Positions 8,908-19,625 are shown, counted from the stretch's first letter. The stretch: 64,000 bases of DNA from Candidatus Latescibacterota bacterium (GCA_965237675.1 OZ250150.1:2272001-2336000), one strand, 5' to 3'. The notes: a model not told the origin generated them from the letters alone. Numbers and translations are program-made.

Positions 8908-10247
8908 GCACTCCTCGGCGCCGCGATGTCCAGCAGTTGCGGTGCGGCCGTCGAGCGCCCGATGAGATCGTGGTCGAGGGCGTCGGTGATTTCCACGTCG
9001 GTGAATTCGCCGATCCGAGCTTCTCCGGAAATAAAGATTTCGCCGTCGATCTCCGGAGCGTCCATGCGCGTACGGCCGATATAGTCGTAGGCCGGATCGT
9101 CCGCGGGGCGGTCGACCAGCGCACGGTAGGTCCGGCCGACGCATTCGGCGGTGATTTCGGAGGAGATGACGGCCTGGAGGCTGAGGATGCGGTCCAGTCG
9201 ATCCCGCTTTTCGTCTTCCGGGACGTCGTCATCCAGCAGGCCGGCGCTGGTGCCTTCCTCGTGCGAGTAGAGGAAGCCGACCAGTCGGTTGAAGCGGATT
9301 TCCTCGATAAACTCCAGAAGTTCCTGTACGTGTTCCTCTTTCTCGCCGGGAAAACCGGTGATTACGGAGGATCGGAGGGCCAGGTCGGGCACCCGGTCAC
9401 GGAGTTTTCGGATGAGGGCGCGCGTGTTCTCCACCTTAGCGCCGCGATTCATCGCTTTGAGCAAGGCATTGGAGGCATGCTGGATGGGCATATCCACGTA
9501 TGCGCAGAGTTTTTCCTCCCGTGCCAGGAGGTCGATCAGGTCGTCGCGCCAGCCCGTGGGGTAGGTGTAGAGCAGGCGGATCCAGTGGAGGCCGTCGACG
9601 CGGACGAGTTCGCGCAAGAGGTCAACCAGGCGTGGGCTGCCGTAGAGGTCGGCGCCGTAACGCATGGTATCCTGGGCGATAAGCGCGATTTCTTTCACGC
9701 CGCCGGCGGCCATGCGCCAGGCTTCGGCGACCAGGACCTCGATGGATTCGCTGCGGTTGGCGCCCCTGATGCCGGGAATGGCGCAGAAGGCACAGGTCCG
9801 GTCGCAGCCGTCCGAGATGCGCAGATAGGCCCAGTGATTGGGTGTGAGCAGGTGCCGGGCGCCCTCTTCCCGGTAGATTCTGGGACGGGAGATGCCCAGC
9901 AGGCGGTCGCAGTGGGTGACAATCTCGCTTTCGCCGGCCAGACCGACGATCAGGTCGGCCTCGGGGATTTCCGCTTCGAGTTCGAGTCGATAGCGTTCGG
10001 CCAGACACCCGGTTAGAATCAGGCCCTTGCAGTTGCCGGTTTCCTTGTAGTCAGCGGCTTCGAGGGCCGTGGCGATGGACTCCTCTTTGGCCGGTTCGAT
10101 AAAGCCACAGGTATTCACAACGATGATATCGGCTTCATCGGGTTCGTCGGCAACGGCATAGTCATTGCATTCCAGCAGCCGGTGCATCCGTTCCGAGTCG
10201 ACGGTATTCTTGGGACAACCGAGCGTGATGAGTGAGACTGTGGGCAT
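8904..10247 (-). CDS. rimO: Ribosomal protein S12 methylthiotransferase
   Basis: LGCPKNTVDSE, NTCGFI..AKEESI, CDRTCAFC, APEIDG TRAM domain; GGAGG RBS before 10247. Confidence 0.96.
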   Translation of the reverse strand: MPTVSLITLGCPKNTVDSERMHRLLECNDYAVADEPDEADIIVVNTCGFIEPAKEESIATALEAADYKETGNCKGLILTGCLAERYRLELEAEIPEADLIVGLAGESEIVTHCDRLLGISRPRIYREEGARHLLTPNHWAYLRISDGCDRTCAFCAIPGIRGANRSESIEVLVAEAWRMAAGGVKEIALIAQDTMRYGADLYGSPRLVDLLRELVRVDGLHWIRLLYTYPTGWRDDLIDLLAREEKLCAYVDMPIQHASNALLKAMNRGAKVENTRALIRKLRDRVPDLALRSSVITGFPGEKEEHVQELLEFIEEIRFNRLVGFLYSHEEGTSAGLLDDDVPEDEKRDRLDRILSLQAVISSEITAECVGRTYRALVDRPADDPAYDYIGRTRMDAPEIDGEIFISGEARIGEFTDVEITDALDHDLIGRSTAAPQLLDIAAPRSA

Positions 10248-10386
10248 TGGGTCCTCCACCTCCGGGAAACGGCCTGCAACGGATGGAATCCGCCACCGCC
10301 ATCCGATCAGCCGCGGGCTTTCCGAAAAATCGGTGATACGCGGTGTTTTGTCAAGTAGAAGATGGTTGGAAACCCGTGAAATGCGT

Positions 10387-10599
10387 ATGAGACATGGGAT
10401 CATCCGAAACGCTTTTCTAGGCTGTTTTGTCCTCCTGACGGGTGTTCTGCCACTGACGGCGGAGGAGAACATGATCGATTTCGAGCTGTCCCGCATCGAT
10501 GCCGGAGAGGCGTCGGTCAGCCCCTACTGGGGTTACAACGCGCCGAAGGTGGTGTTCGACGGCGAACACTTCCTCACCTCGGGTCGGCGCCCACAGTGA
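10387..10599 (+). pseudogene. Probable truncated secreted-protein gene
   Basis: Signal-peptide-like start and protein-like SPYWGYNAPKVVFDGE, then an abrupt stop after ~70 aa. Confidence 0.45.
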
Positions 10600-10680
10600 C
10601 CGGCCACCTGCACTGGCGTACAGGCGCGACGGACAACAGGGGCTCGGTGCGGCTGAAGGAGGTCCAATTCGGGTTCTTTC

Positions 10681-10708
10681 TTGACAAGTGTCGGCTGACG
10701 GGTATATT
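10681..10708 (+). promoter_or_regulatory. Candidate rpmB promoter
   Basis: TTGACA-16 nt-TATATT. Confidence 0.55.
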
Positions 10709-10843
10709 TGTCCTGAACGAATCAATGCATCACCGTGGTGTCGCGCGTTTTTTCGGTCGATGTTCTCTGATGTGAGAGCGGGGGATCTATTTCCCGGACA
10801 GAACACGAGCGACTCAATTTAATCGTTCCAGGAGGCATTGGGA

Positions 10844-11035
10844 ATGGCAGCCAGATGTGAAATTTGCGGGAAAGGGCCGATGGTCGGCAATCACGTCAGC
10901 CACGCCAACAATAGGAAGAAACGGCGATTCAATCCGAATCTGAGGCGGGTGCGCGCGCTGGTGGACGGTACGGCCAGAAGAATCAAGGTCTGCACAAAGT
11001 GCATAAAGCTGGGACGCGTCAGCAAGGCCGCATAG
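10844..11035 (+). CDS. rpmB: 50S ribosomal protein L28 (zinc-binding type)
   Basis: [10 protein letters not shown]...GNHVSHANN...RRFNPNL...VCTKC; GGAGG RBS. Confidence 0.97.
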   Translation: MAARCEICGKGPMVGNHVSHANNRKKRRFNPNLRRVRALVDGTARRIKVCTKCIKLGRVSKAA

Positions 11036-11119
11036 GGTCGATTGACGGTCGTCAGATTTCCGCTGGCGGCACCCTCCGGCAGGAGGTCGGAGGGTTTCCG
11101 GCAGAGGATTCCATTCCAG

Positions 11120-11154
11120 AAAAACTCACCTTTCGTTTCCAGGTGGGTTTTTTT
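11120..11154 (+). terminator. Intrinsic terminator after rpmB
   Basis: aaaactcacct-loop-aggtgggtttt followed by a T run. Confidence 0.75.
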
Positions 11155-11260
11155 ATGTTATTGACGTGATGCGCGCCGAGACCTGGGCAACCACGAGGGT
11201 TGCCTCTGCATGGACGGTACAGATAGTGGACCTGACGTTACCCACGGGGACGCGGTCTGA

Positions 11261-13393
11261 ATGGACTACTTTCGCAGCAAGCGCTTTCTGAATACGCTGC
11301 AGGATTGGGAAACAGGCGGCGCGACGGCGGGCAGATTGGAGGACTATCTGCCGCGGATGCGCGCCCTCCTGCGCCGGATGGGAAATCCCCAGCAGGAGTA
11401 TGCCTCGGTCATTGTCGGCGGCACGAATGGTAAGGGGTCGGTGGCCAACGTCCTGGCCGCCCTCATCCGGGCCTCGGGCCGGCGAACGGGTATCTACACG
11501 TCGCCACATCTGCACTCCATCCGTGAGCGCATCCGGATCGACGGTCGGATTCTGGAAAAGGATCTCTGGGCGAAGGGAATCGCCGATCTTTACGATCGTA
11601 CGCGCCGCTTCGAACGGGAGGGGTACGGTTCTTTTACGAAGTTTGAGGCGTTAACGGCGCTGGCAACGTCCATGTTTGCCCGGGCCGGGGTCGAAATCGG
11701 TGTGTTTGAGGTGGGTCTGGGAGGGCGTTACGACGCGACCAATGCCTGGGATACCAACGTGGCCGTCCTGACGCCGGTCGATCTGGATCATACCGACGTG
11801 CTGGGCGATACGGTGGAGGCGATCGCGCTGGAAAAGCTCGAAATTGCCCGTTCAGGCAGGCCGCTATTCACCCTTGACACACAGAAACCCGAGGTGCTCG
11901 CGCTTCTGCGGGGCGAGTGTCGTGAACGGGGTGTAGATCTCTACGTTGTCGGCGACGAAACCGGGGAAGGGTTGCGGTGCGAGGCGCGGGAATTTGCGCC
12001 TCCCGACCTGATGGAGCGGGGATCGGTGTTCTGGGAAAACACCCGGCTGGCGGTTGCTGTCGGGCGCTACCTTATGGGAGAGAAACTCACGGAGGCGCGA
12101 ATCCGTGAGGCGGTGGGCGGCCTCCGGCTGCCGGGCAGATTCGAAGTGGCGCAGCGCTCGCCCCGGGTCGTGCTGGATGGCGCGCACAATCCGGCCGGGG
12201 CTGCGGCCCTTGCTGGCGATTTACGCAGAATATCGAACCGGTGGACCTTTGTGGTGGGGGTGAACGCCGGGCATGATGCCCGGGCGATACTCGGGGCGAT
12301 CCGGCCCCTGGCGAAGCGGGTGATCCTGACGCGGTCCGACCACCCGAAGGCCCTGCCCGTTACCGTGTTGCGGAGATGCTTGCCCGATGGACTTGCCGCG
12401 TGTTCAGCGCCGGACGTTGTGGAGGCGCTCAGTCGCGCGGGGTTGCGGGATGGGGATCCCGTCTGTATCATGGGATCGCTCCATCTGGTGGGTCGGGCGC
12501 GGGAAGCGCTGGGGCTGCCCTGCGAACGGGACGGTTTCGGGGAAGAACTTCACCGGGAGAGTCTGGTGTGCCTGGCGAGCGCATGCGAAAACCTGGGCCT
12601 TCCGTTTGAACCGGTTTCGGATGACGGGAACCTGGTTTGCATCCGCCCGGCAGGCGCCGGGCCGCTCTATTTTCTTCGCAACAAACATCCGTTTAACAAC
12701 TACGTGGCCGCCCGTCTGGCGGAAGACAAGGCATATCAATACGAGTTGTTTTCGCGTGCCGGGCTCATGGTTCCCGATACGTTGGCAGCGTTCAATCCGT
12801 TTGCGGACGAGCGGTTTGCGCGTTACCGGACCCATCCTTCCATCGGTGCGATCCTGAAGGAGGCGGAAGGCCGGTTCACCTATCCCGTGGTGGTTAAACG
12901 GAACCTGGGGTCGCTGTCTCAGGGAGTGTTTCTGGAGCCAGACCCGTGTGCTCTGAAGAATCGCTTGCGGGCATTGTTCGAAAACAGCGGTTTCCTGGAC
13001 AATATAGTTTTGGTCCAGGCCCATATCAGCGGACCGGAGTATCGGATCGTTGCCGACGGGGATGAGTTGTTGTTGGCGTACGAGAAAGTCGGCGGATCTC
13101 CCGGCGTGGACCTGAACCCGCTGCATCGGGCAACGGGGTTTGCGAAGCGGGTGGATGAACCGGACCTGATCGAGGCCCTGTCGCAAGTGGCGGCGGGTGT
13201 GGCGCGGGTGATCGAACTGGGGTTTTACGCAATCGATGTGATTCTGTCGTCTGCCGGATTTTACGTTATTGAAATCAACCCGAACCCGATGTGTTATTTT
13301 TACAACCTGCACAATGGGCGATCGGATTTCGTCGGCATTTACGAAAGACTGATTCAAAGGCATCTGCCGGGTTCGCGGCCGCCGGACGCGTAA
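11261..13393 (+). CDS. folC: Folylpolyglutamate/dihydrofolate synthase fused to a C-terminal ATP-grasp domain
   Basis: VGGTNGKGS, TSPHL, EVGLGGRYDATN, DHTDVLG, PGRFE, LDGAHNP; then DKAYQYELF, YPVVVKRNLGSLSQGV, EYRI, AIDVI, VIEINPNP. Confidence 0.88.
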   Translation: MDYFRSKRFLNTLQDWETGGATAGRLEDYLPRMRALLRRMGNPQQEYASVIVGGTNGKGSVANVLAALIRASGRRTGIYTSPHLHSIRERIRIDGRILEKDLWAKGIADLYDRTRRFEREGYGSFTKFEALTALATSMFARAGVEIGVFEVGLGGRYDATNAWDTNVAVLTPVDLDHTDVLGDTVEAIALEKLEIARSGRPLFTLDTQKPEVLALLRGECRERGVDLYVVGDETGEGLRCEAREFAPPDLMERGSVFWENTRLAVAVGRYLMGEKLTEARIREAVGGLRLPGRFEVAQRSPRVVLDGAHNPAGAAALAGDLRRISNRWTFVVGVNAGHDARAILGAIRPLAKRVILTRSDHPKALPVTVLRRCLPDGLAACSAPDVVEALSRAGLRDGDPVCIMGSLHLVGRAREALGLPCERDGFGEELHRESLVCLASACENLGLPFEPVSDDGNLVCIRPAGAGPLYFLRNKHPFNNYVAARLAEDKAYQYELFSRAGLMVPDTLAAFNPFADERFARYRTHPSIGAILKEAEGRFTYPVVVKRNLGSLSQGVFLEPDPCALKNRLRALFENSGFLDNIVLVQAHISGPEYRIVADGDELLLAYEKVGGSPGVDLNPLHRATGFAKRVDEPDLIEALSQVAAGVARVIELGFYAIDVILSSAGFYVIEINPNPMCYFYNLHNGRSDFVGIYERLIQRHLPGSRPPDA

Positions 13394-13557
13394 GCACGCG
13401 AAACGCCGGACGTGAACAGATCGATGAAGGTGGAATTCCGGTTTCGCGGCGACAGGCCGGTATACGCGTCCCACGCTCAACTCTGTCCAGCCGGGCGCCA
13501 TTTCGTTGGCAACGTGACATTCAAAACGTTATCGGTATGTCCGGAAAGGAACACGCT

Positions 13558-14295
13558 ATGCCACTCACCGCCGCCCAACTCAAACGGTATCGTGCCGACG
13601 GCTGTGCCGTCGGCGGTCGGATTCTCGACGACAACGCGCTCGTCCGGTTGCGCGCTGAATTGGATTCCATTATCGGGAACCTTCCTCCGGACCGGCGGCC
13701 GGAGAATTTACCCTCGCTTCATTACGATAATCGCTACCTTCGGGATCTGTTCCTGAGCGACAGCCTCGTGGATGTGGCGGCGCAGATTGTGGGGCCGGAT
13801 GTCGCGCTTTTCACGTCCTACGTGATCAGCAAACGCCCCGACGACGGTCTGGCCGTAGACTGGCATCAGGATGCCGCGTTTTTTCCGATCGAGCCGATGG
13901 ATACGTTCACCCTCTGGCTGGCGGTGGACGATTCGGACGTTGAGAACGGCTGTATGCGGGTGATACCCGGCAGCCACCGGGAGGAGGCCGTTCTCCTCCA
14001 CAAGGTGGATCTCGATTCCGGCACCACGCTGCCGATGTCGCTGGAAAACCTCGACCTTTCGGACGCCAGGGACGTGCAACTCCGGGCGGGTGAGTATTCG
14101 GTTCACGATCCCTGGATTCTGCATGGATCCAATCCCAACAGGTCATCCAGGCGGCGTTGCGGGATAACGCTGAAGTACATTTCCACCCACGCGGCGATCG
14201 ACCGCACGTTCCGTTCTCCGTCCGGGTTCGACTGGGACGGGCTCCGCCTCTACCTGGCGCGAGGGAATCCGGGCCTGAACACCTATGCGGGTTGA
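13558..14295 (+). CDS. Phytanoyl-CoA dioxygenase (PhyH) family Fe/2-oxoglutarate enzyme
   Basis: WHQD, WLAVDD..VENGCMRVIPGSH, LHGSNPNRS.RRR. Confidence 0.92.
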   Translation: MPLTAAQLKRYRADGCAVGGRILDDNALVRLRAELDSIIGNLPPDRRPENLPSLHYDNRYLRDLFLSDSLVDVAAQIVGPDVALFTSYVISKRPDDGLAVDWHQDAAFFPIEPMDTFTLWLAVDDSDVENGCMRVIPGSHREEAVLLHKVDLDSGTTLPMSLENLDLSDARDVQLRAGEYSVHDPWILHGSNPNRSSRRRCGITLKYISTHAAIDRTFRSPSGFDWDGLRLYLARGNPGLNTYAG

Positions 14296-14338
14296 TTCTT
14301 TGGGTCTTTCCACAAACCAGGCATGAAAAAAACAAGAT

Positions 14339-16015
14339 ATGACGGATCGCGCTCATCGCTTTATCCTGCTGGTCGACCTCCACCTTTCGGACAACCCGGA
14401 AACGGCGGCCCATCAGGCGCTCCAGTGGGCCGCAGACCGCGTGAATCTGGAGAGACCCGATTTCCTGGCAGTGGCGGGAGATATCACGACCTTTTCTACG
14501 GCCGGTTCGGCCTCGCGCTGCCTGGAAGCGCTGGACCGGGTCGAGGTCCCGGTACTCTTCACGCCGGGAAACGCGGAACGGCGGGGTCCGCACGCGCTGT
14601 CCGTGTTGAAAGACCTGGCGGCGCCCGAGCGGCGGGCGGCCGTATTCGACGATCTGCTGGTTCTTCTACCCGATACGTCGACCGGGACGCTCTGCTGCGA
14701 CGAACGTTTGTGGTTGGACCGGAGTGTCCGGTCGACCGGCGCGGCGCGGCGGCTGGTCATTACCCACTATCCGCTGGACAGGCTGGATGCCGAAGGCCGG
14801 GCGTGGCTGACGCGCTGGCTTCCGGAGAACGGTGTCGAATTGCTGGCCGCGGGACACAGCCACTGTCACCGGACCCGGCACAAAAATGGCTTTGTGGAGG
14901 TTGTGGTCCGCGGGCTGGATCCGGATAAAGCGATTGGAGACTTGCCGGGGATCAGCCTTTTTGAGAGTTCGCAAGAGGGAGCCTGGACGGAAACATTCAT
15001 CCCCTGGTCGCCCACGATGCGGTTGCTGCCCGCGGACCTCCCGGACGGTATGCTGCCCGTAGGCTGGTCGATACAGGGCGATCCCGTGGCGGCCGCCGGG
15101 GAGACCATGGATTTCGGCTTGGCCTGCCTGGAAATCCGACCTGTCGATCTCGGTTTTTCTCAGCGCGCGCTCTCGGTGGCGCTTGGCGAACTTCGGGATC
15201 GAGGCCCTCTTTTTCTTTCCTATCATCTGCCCGACCTGACGTGGAACGCGAGAACCGGACGCGTCGAGCGAGTCGATGCGGTCCGGGGGCACCTGGATTG
15301 CGCGATGGAAGCGGGTGTGGACAGCCTGACCGTCCACGTCCCCAGGTCGAGCGCCCGCGCAATGGAGCGCGTTCAGGCGGGTCGACCGGAGCCGACCGGA
15401 TGTTTCCTGGCCTTCGCGGAAACGTACGCGAGCCTCTTTACGGAGGCGGCCCGCGCCGGCGTGGGGATCGCAATTGAGAATATCCATAATCCCGCCAATA
15501 CGCCGGCGGATTCACCGGATCGGGAATTCGCCACGCGGATCGACGAATACCTGAGATGGATCGACGCCGTGGCGCATGAGATGGCGGATGTACCTGGAGC
15601 AAGTGTGGGTGCGTTGCTGGACGTGGGCCATGCGCGGAACAACGGGGGCGATCTGGATAATCTGCAACCCCTGGGCGACTGGTATGCCCGCCTGGGCCGG
15701 CGTATTCTGGGATATCATGTCCACCAGGTGGACACGGATCCGGTGACGGGCGCGCTCTCCAACCATCACGAAATTTCGGATCTGTTCGGCAGTCGGATCT
15801 CCTTTGCCGGCTTTCTCTGGGCGTGGTCCACGCACCAGATCACCCGGGGCCCGCTTTTCGTAGAGGTCCGCGATGACGAGGGCCGGCGGAATACGGTCCG
15901 ACGCTTCAAGCAGATTTTTGAGAACGCACATAGAATTCGAGAGGCGGCGGATCTGTCGGACAGGTGGCCGTCATATCAAGACGCAGAAGGCACGGGAGCA
16001 GACGATGATTCCTGA
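14339..16015 (+). CDS. Metallophosphoesterase fused to a xylose-isomerase-like TIM barrel
   Basis: DLH, AGDIT, PGNAE, THYP, GHSH; then IENIH, LDVGHARN, HVHQ, LFVE. Confidence 0.75.
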   Translation: MTDRAHRFILLVDLHLSDNPETAAHQALQWAADRVNLERPDFLAVAGDITTFSTAGSASRCLEALDRVEVPVLFTPGNAERRGPHALSVLKDLAAPERRAAVFDDLLVLLPDTSTGTLCCDERLWLDRSVRSTGAARRLVITHYPLDRLDAEGRAWLTRWLPENGVELLAAGHSHCHRTRHKNGFVEVVVRGLDPDKAIGDLPGISLFESSQEGAWTETFIPWSPTMRLLPADLPDGMLPVGWSIQGDPVAAAGETMDFGLACLEIRPVDLGFSQRALSVALGELRDRGPLFLSYHLPDLTWNARTGRVERVDAVRGHLDCAMEAGVDSLTVHVPRSSARAMERVQAGRPEPTGCFLAFAETYASLFTEAARAGVGIAIENIHNPANTPADSPDREFATRIDEYLRWIDAVAHEMADVPGASVGALLDVGHARNNGGDLDNLQPLGDWYARLGRRILGYHVHQVDTDPVTGALSNHHEISDLFGSRISFAGFLWAWSTHQITRGPLFVEVRDDEGRRNTVRRFKQIFENAHRIREAADLSDRWPSYQDAEGTGADDDS

Positions 16016-17078
16016 ATTTGAAGTGAAGGGCGCGCCATTCCAGCGTGGAGAACAGATCGGGCGCCGGTTCAAGGCGCAGATAAGGAGCACGCTTGCCCGA
16101 TTGTCTGAGAATAGGGAAGTTCGAGGCCGCCAGATCACCCTGATGGAGGCGATGCGCGGGCATCTGGAGGCGGAATTCCCGGAGATCCTGGAAGAAATAC
16201 GCGGCATCGCGCGGGGTACGGACATTCCGGATGATGAAGCGTTCTACAAAAATACCTACAACGCCGTCGGACCCGCGCTCGCAGACGACCTCGCCTGCAG
16301 CAGCGTGGCTTTTGCCGCCAGCGACGTGGGGCCCATCATCGGGAAGACCGACGACGGTAGATTTCGCCCGGGTTCGGATCGCCTGGGGGGATTGACAATC
16401 CTGACGATTCGTTCGGATGAGGGATACGACGTATTGTGCGTGAACCAGATCGGGACGGTGTGGACCGAGTGCGGGGTCAACGAGAAAGGGCTGTGCCTGG
16501 GGACCAATTCAGGTCATCCGACGATGAAGGGACAGGACGGGCGTGGCGTGCCCCAGCACATCGTACCCCGCCTCCTGTTACGGCGGTGCGCGAACGTGAA
16601 GGAGGGCGTCGACTTCCTCAGGCGGACCACGTTGACGGGCAAGGGAATCAACATCGTGCTGGCCGACGCGGAGGGAAACGCCGCTGCCACGGAGAATGCC
16701 TGTGCCATGAATGGGGTGCGGGAGGCGGAGGATGGTGTCGTGTTCTCCACAAACCATTATTTCAGCGAGGAGATGCAGGCCGTGGCGTGGAAATGGGATC
16801 CGATATTCATCCGTACGCGATACTTTCAGAATTCTCTGAATCGAATCGCCCACCTTTACGGGCGATTTGGAGACGGCGGGAGAGCGCTCACCATGCAGGA
16901 AATGCGGGAGGTTCTGATGGATGAATACAATCCGGGCGGCCTGTGCCAGCGTCCGCAGAATAACGAATCCAATATGATCACGAATTTCGGCGTGATACTG
17001 GTGTGCCGGGATCGCGAAATGTGGCTGAACGAAGGACCGCCGTCTCTGAACCGGTTCGATCGATACGCGCTGAGTTGA
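16005..17078 (+). CDS. Peptidase C45 / Ntn-hydrolase family protein
   Basis: EEIRGIARG, ACSS nucleophile, GVNEKGL, STNH. Confidence 0.85.
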   Translation: MIPEFEVKGAPFQRGEQIGRRFKAQIRSTLARLSENREVRGRQITLMEAMRGHLEAEFPEILEEIRGIARGTDIPDDEAFYKNTYNAVGPALADDLACSSVAFAASDVGPIIGKTDDGRFRPGSDRLGGLTILTIRSDEGYDVLCVNQIGTVWTECGVNEKGLCLGTNSGHPTMKGQDGRGVPQHIVPRLLLRRCANVKEGVDFLRRTTLTGKGINIVLADAEGNAAATENACAMNGVREAEDGVVFSTNHYFSEEMQAVAWKWDPIFIRTRYFQNSLNRIAHLYGRFGDGGRALTMQEMREVLMDEYNPGGLCQRPQNNESNMITNFGVILVCRDREMWLNEGPPSLNRFDRYALS

Positions 17079-17393
17079 TTGACCGCCCGGCGGGACAGCC
17101 GCATACGAGGGAACGGAGAGAATCCGGTTAGGCGGGCTCAGCTTCGACCGCCTGCAGTCTGCGGCGGAATCACTTTCGAGCGGGAGTTGCGAAACAATTA
17201 TGTCGGGGCCTCCAGTCTGGCCCTTCAGGTAGAAGACGCGGTGTCCGAATACGAACGATTGACTTCGGCGGGGGTGCCAGCAATGAGCCCGCCCACCGAG
17301 ATCGTCCGCGACGGAAAGGTGGCCGCCGTCGCATTCTATATTCTGGATCCGGATGCCATTCCCATCGAGATCTGGCAGCCAGTCGACGCGTAA
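17079..17393 (+). pseudogene. C-terminal half of a VOC/glyoxalase family gene, probably 5'-truncated
   Basis: GASSLALQVED...YERL..AGV...SPP...FYILDPDAIPIEIWQ, with no credible start or N-terminal module. Confidence 0.6.
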
Positions 17394-17438
17394 AGAGACG
17401 TGGCGAAGGCCGCCGCTTCCTGTGATTGGAGATTGAAA

Positions 17439-19619
17439 ATGGAGATTCAGGTTCGAGGGCGAGTGATCGAAGATCCGTCGGGACGCGGCCTGGCCGGGGT
17501 TTCCGTCTCGAACGGTGAGCGGATTGTTCAGACGAATGCGGAGGGTCGGTACGAACTCCTGGTGGAACCCGGGTCGCACCGGTTCGTGTTTATCACGCTT
17601 CCGGACGGATTTTTCGCGCAGGACGGGTACTACCGCTCTGTGCCCAACGTGTCCGAGCCGGACGAAGAAGTGGATTTCCGGCTCTCGCCGTCGCCCGAGA
17701 CAGCCCGCCGGCGTTTTACGCTCGCGCAGGTTACCGATACGCACGTTGTTACCGAAGGGGATACGCTCACCTCGGGAGCCGTGCTTGCGGAAGCCCTGCA
17801 GCGGCTCGAACGGGAGGCCGAACCCGATCTGATCGTGGCCAGCGGGGATCTGACGGATTGGGGAACTGTCGAACAGTTGACCGCTTTTCGCAATGCGGTC
17901 GAGGCGATTTCAACGCCGGTTTTCACGTTGTTCGGCGGACACGACGGAAACGAAGAACGCACCGGCGGTATTTCCGTTGATGCGTTCGTAGGACTGAAGG
18001 CGACGCCGAATAACCCGAAGCTTAAGGAAATCGAGAGAACGAACGCCGGCAAACCCGCCACATTGCACTTCGAGCAGGTGCTGGGGCCCGCATATTACAG
18101 CTTTGATTGGGGCGGGCGGCACTTTGTGTTCTACCCCAACGAGCAGTCGTACTTCTCGACGTTGGGCCTCGAACGCAAGGAAGGGTGGTTCTGGGCGGAC
18201 CTGGCGCTGCAGCCCGAAGACCGCGAAATTGTGGTTGTCGTGCATACCCCGCCGGCGGATTCGTTTCTTTGCGCGTTGAGTCGGTACAACGTTCAAATCC
18301 TCCTACACGGACACTGGCACTCCAGCAAGGTATTTTCGTACGGTGATATGGTCGTGGCCGCCACCCCGCCAATCTGTTTCGGGGGGATCGACACTTCCCC
18401 AAGGGGCTACCGCCTGGTACGGTTCCAAGAGAATGGTTCGTCCATGGAAGTCGGCGTGCTGCAGTCCGCGGCCGCCTCGCGACCGTCTCAGGAACGGACG
18501 CCACCGGAAATCGGATTCGACGGGGTTGGACTGCGTCTGCGATGGGAGGGACGGATTCCGGGCGGGCTCCACCGGGCGGCGCCCGTGTCGTCCGGAGAGC
18601 GCGTGTTCCTGAGCCTGCGCGACGAGGGCTGGCCGGGGCGCACCGGAATCTGCTGCGTCGACGTATCGAGCGGGGACATGCTCTGGCACGCGCCTACGGA
18701 TGCGGCGGTCAAGAACAGCGTGGCGGTGGCCGGAAACGCGTGCGCTGGGGTCTCGGTAACCGGACGGGTGTACTTGCTTGAGTTGGTGTCGGGAGAGGTG
18801 CTGTGGGAGGCGGACCTGCCCGGGTATCCGGAGCGCTGGATTTATACCTCTCCGGTTATTGCGGATGGAACGGTGTACGCAGGCGCCAAGGCCGGTTACG
18901 CTGCCTTCGATCTGACTTCGGGGCGTCGGCTTTGGCAAACGGTTAACGAAGGCAGTGACAATTGGGCCTGTTACGCCGGCCCTCAGGTTTCCGGCGACCT
19001 GCTTGTCCTGCTCGTGCAACGGATCGGGCTGACGGCGCTGGACCGCGAGACGGGGGACGTCGTCTGGGAACGGCCGATCGGGGTGGATTACCCCTATGCA
19101 GCGCCGGTCTTGTCGGGAGACCTGATCCTGAGCGGCGGCGGCGCCTCCGACCTTCACCATTTCTCGGGGGAAGCATCGCCACTCATCGCGGTGCGGGCGG
19201 AATCGGGCCATGTTGTCTGGAACAGACCGATCCTGCCGTCCAGATATCCCACGGGACTGCTGGTTCACGACGAGCGGATCTATGCGACCACGCCAGAGGG
19301 CGAGGCTCTATGCTTTGACCTGGATGACGGTGCGTTGCACTGGCGCTTTCAGACAGGAGACGACTTGCTGGATATGATTCCCTATCGCAGAGGCGTGCGG
19401 TCCATCCTGGCTGCTCCCGCGATGTTCGAGGATCTTCTTCTGGTCGGAGGGTGCGACGGGATTCTCTATGCCCTGGATCCCGCTTCGGGCCGATGCCTGG
19501 GCAGCGCTGCCTTCGGCTCGCCGATTACGGCGTCTCCATGTGCGGTGGAGGGCGGGCTGATTGTGGGTACATATGACGGGCGGGTCTTTTGTTTTGAAAG
19601 AACGGGGTACAAGGAATGA
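17439..19619 (+). CDS. Metallophosphoesterase with PQQ-like beta-propeller
   Basis: GLAGVSVSNG N-domain, DTH, SGDLT, GGHD, HGHWH, then repeated D..SG..LW propeller blades. Confidence 0.85.
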   Translation: MEIQVRGRVIEDPSGRGLAGVSVSNGERIVQTNAEGRYELLVEPGSHRFVFITLPDGFFAQDGYYRSVPNVSEPDEEVDFRLSPSPETARRRFTLAQVTDTHVVTEGDTLTSGAVLAEALQRLEREAEPDLIVASGDLTDWGTVEQLTAFRNAVEAISTPVFTLFGGHDGNEERTGGISVDAFVGLKATPNNPKLKEIERTNAGKPATLHFEQVLGPAYYSFDWGGRHFVFYPNEQSYFSTLGLERKEGWFWADLALQPEDREIVVVVHTPPADSFLCALSRYNVQILLHGHWHSSKVFSYGDMVVAATPPICFGGIDTSPRGYRLVRFQENGSSMEVGVLQSAAASRPSQERTPPEIGFDGVGLRLRWEGRIPGGLHRAAPVSSGERVFLSLRDEGWPGRTGICCVDVSSGDMLWHAPTDAAVKNSVAVAGNACAGVSVTGRVYLLELVSGEVLWEADLPGYPERWIYTSPVIADGTVYAGAKAGYAAFDLTSGRRLWQTVNEGSDNWACYAGPQVSGDLLVLLVQRIGLTALDRETGDVVWERPIGVDYPYAAPVLSGDLILSGGGASDLHHFSGEASPLIAVRAESGHVVWNRPILPSRYPTGLLVHDERIYATTPEGEALCFDLDDGALHWRFQTGDDLLDMIPYRRGVRSILAAPAMFEDLLLVGGCDGILYALDPASGRCLGSAAFGSPITASPCAVEGGLIVGTYDGRVFCFERTGYKE

Positions 19620-19625
19620 AGAAGG

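Noticed and set aside
11040-11115. Hairpin after rpmB as SRP RNA
   Set aside because: Lacks the conserved SRP helix-8 internal loops and GNRA tetraloop motif.
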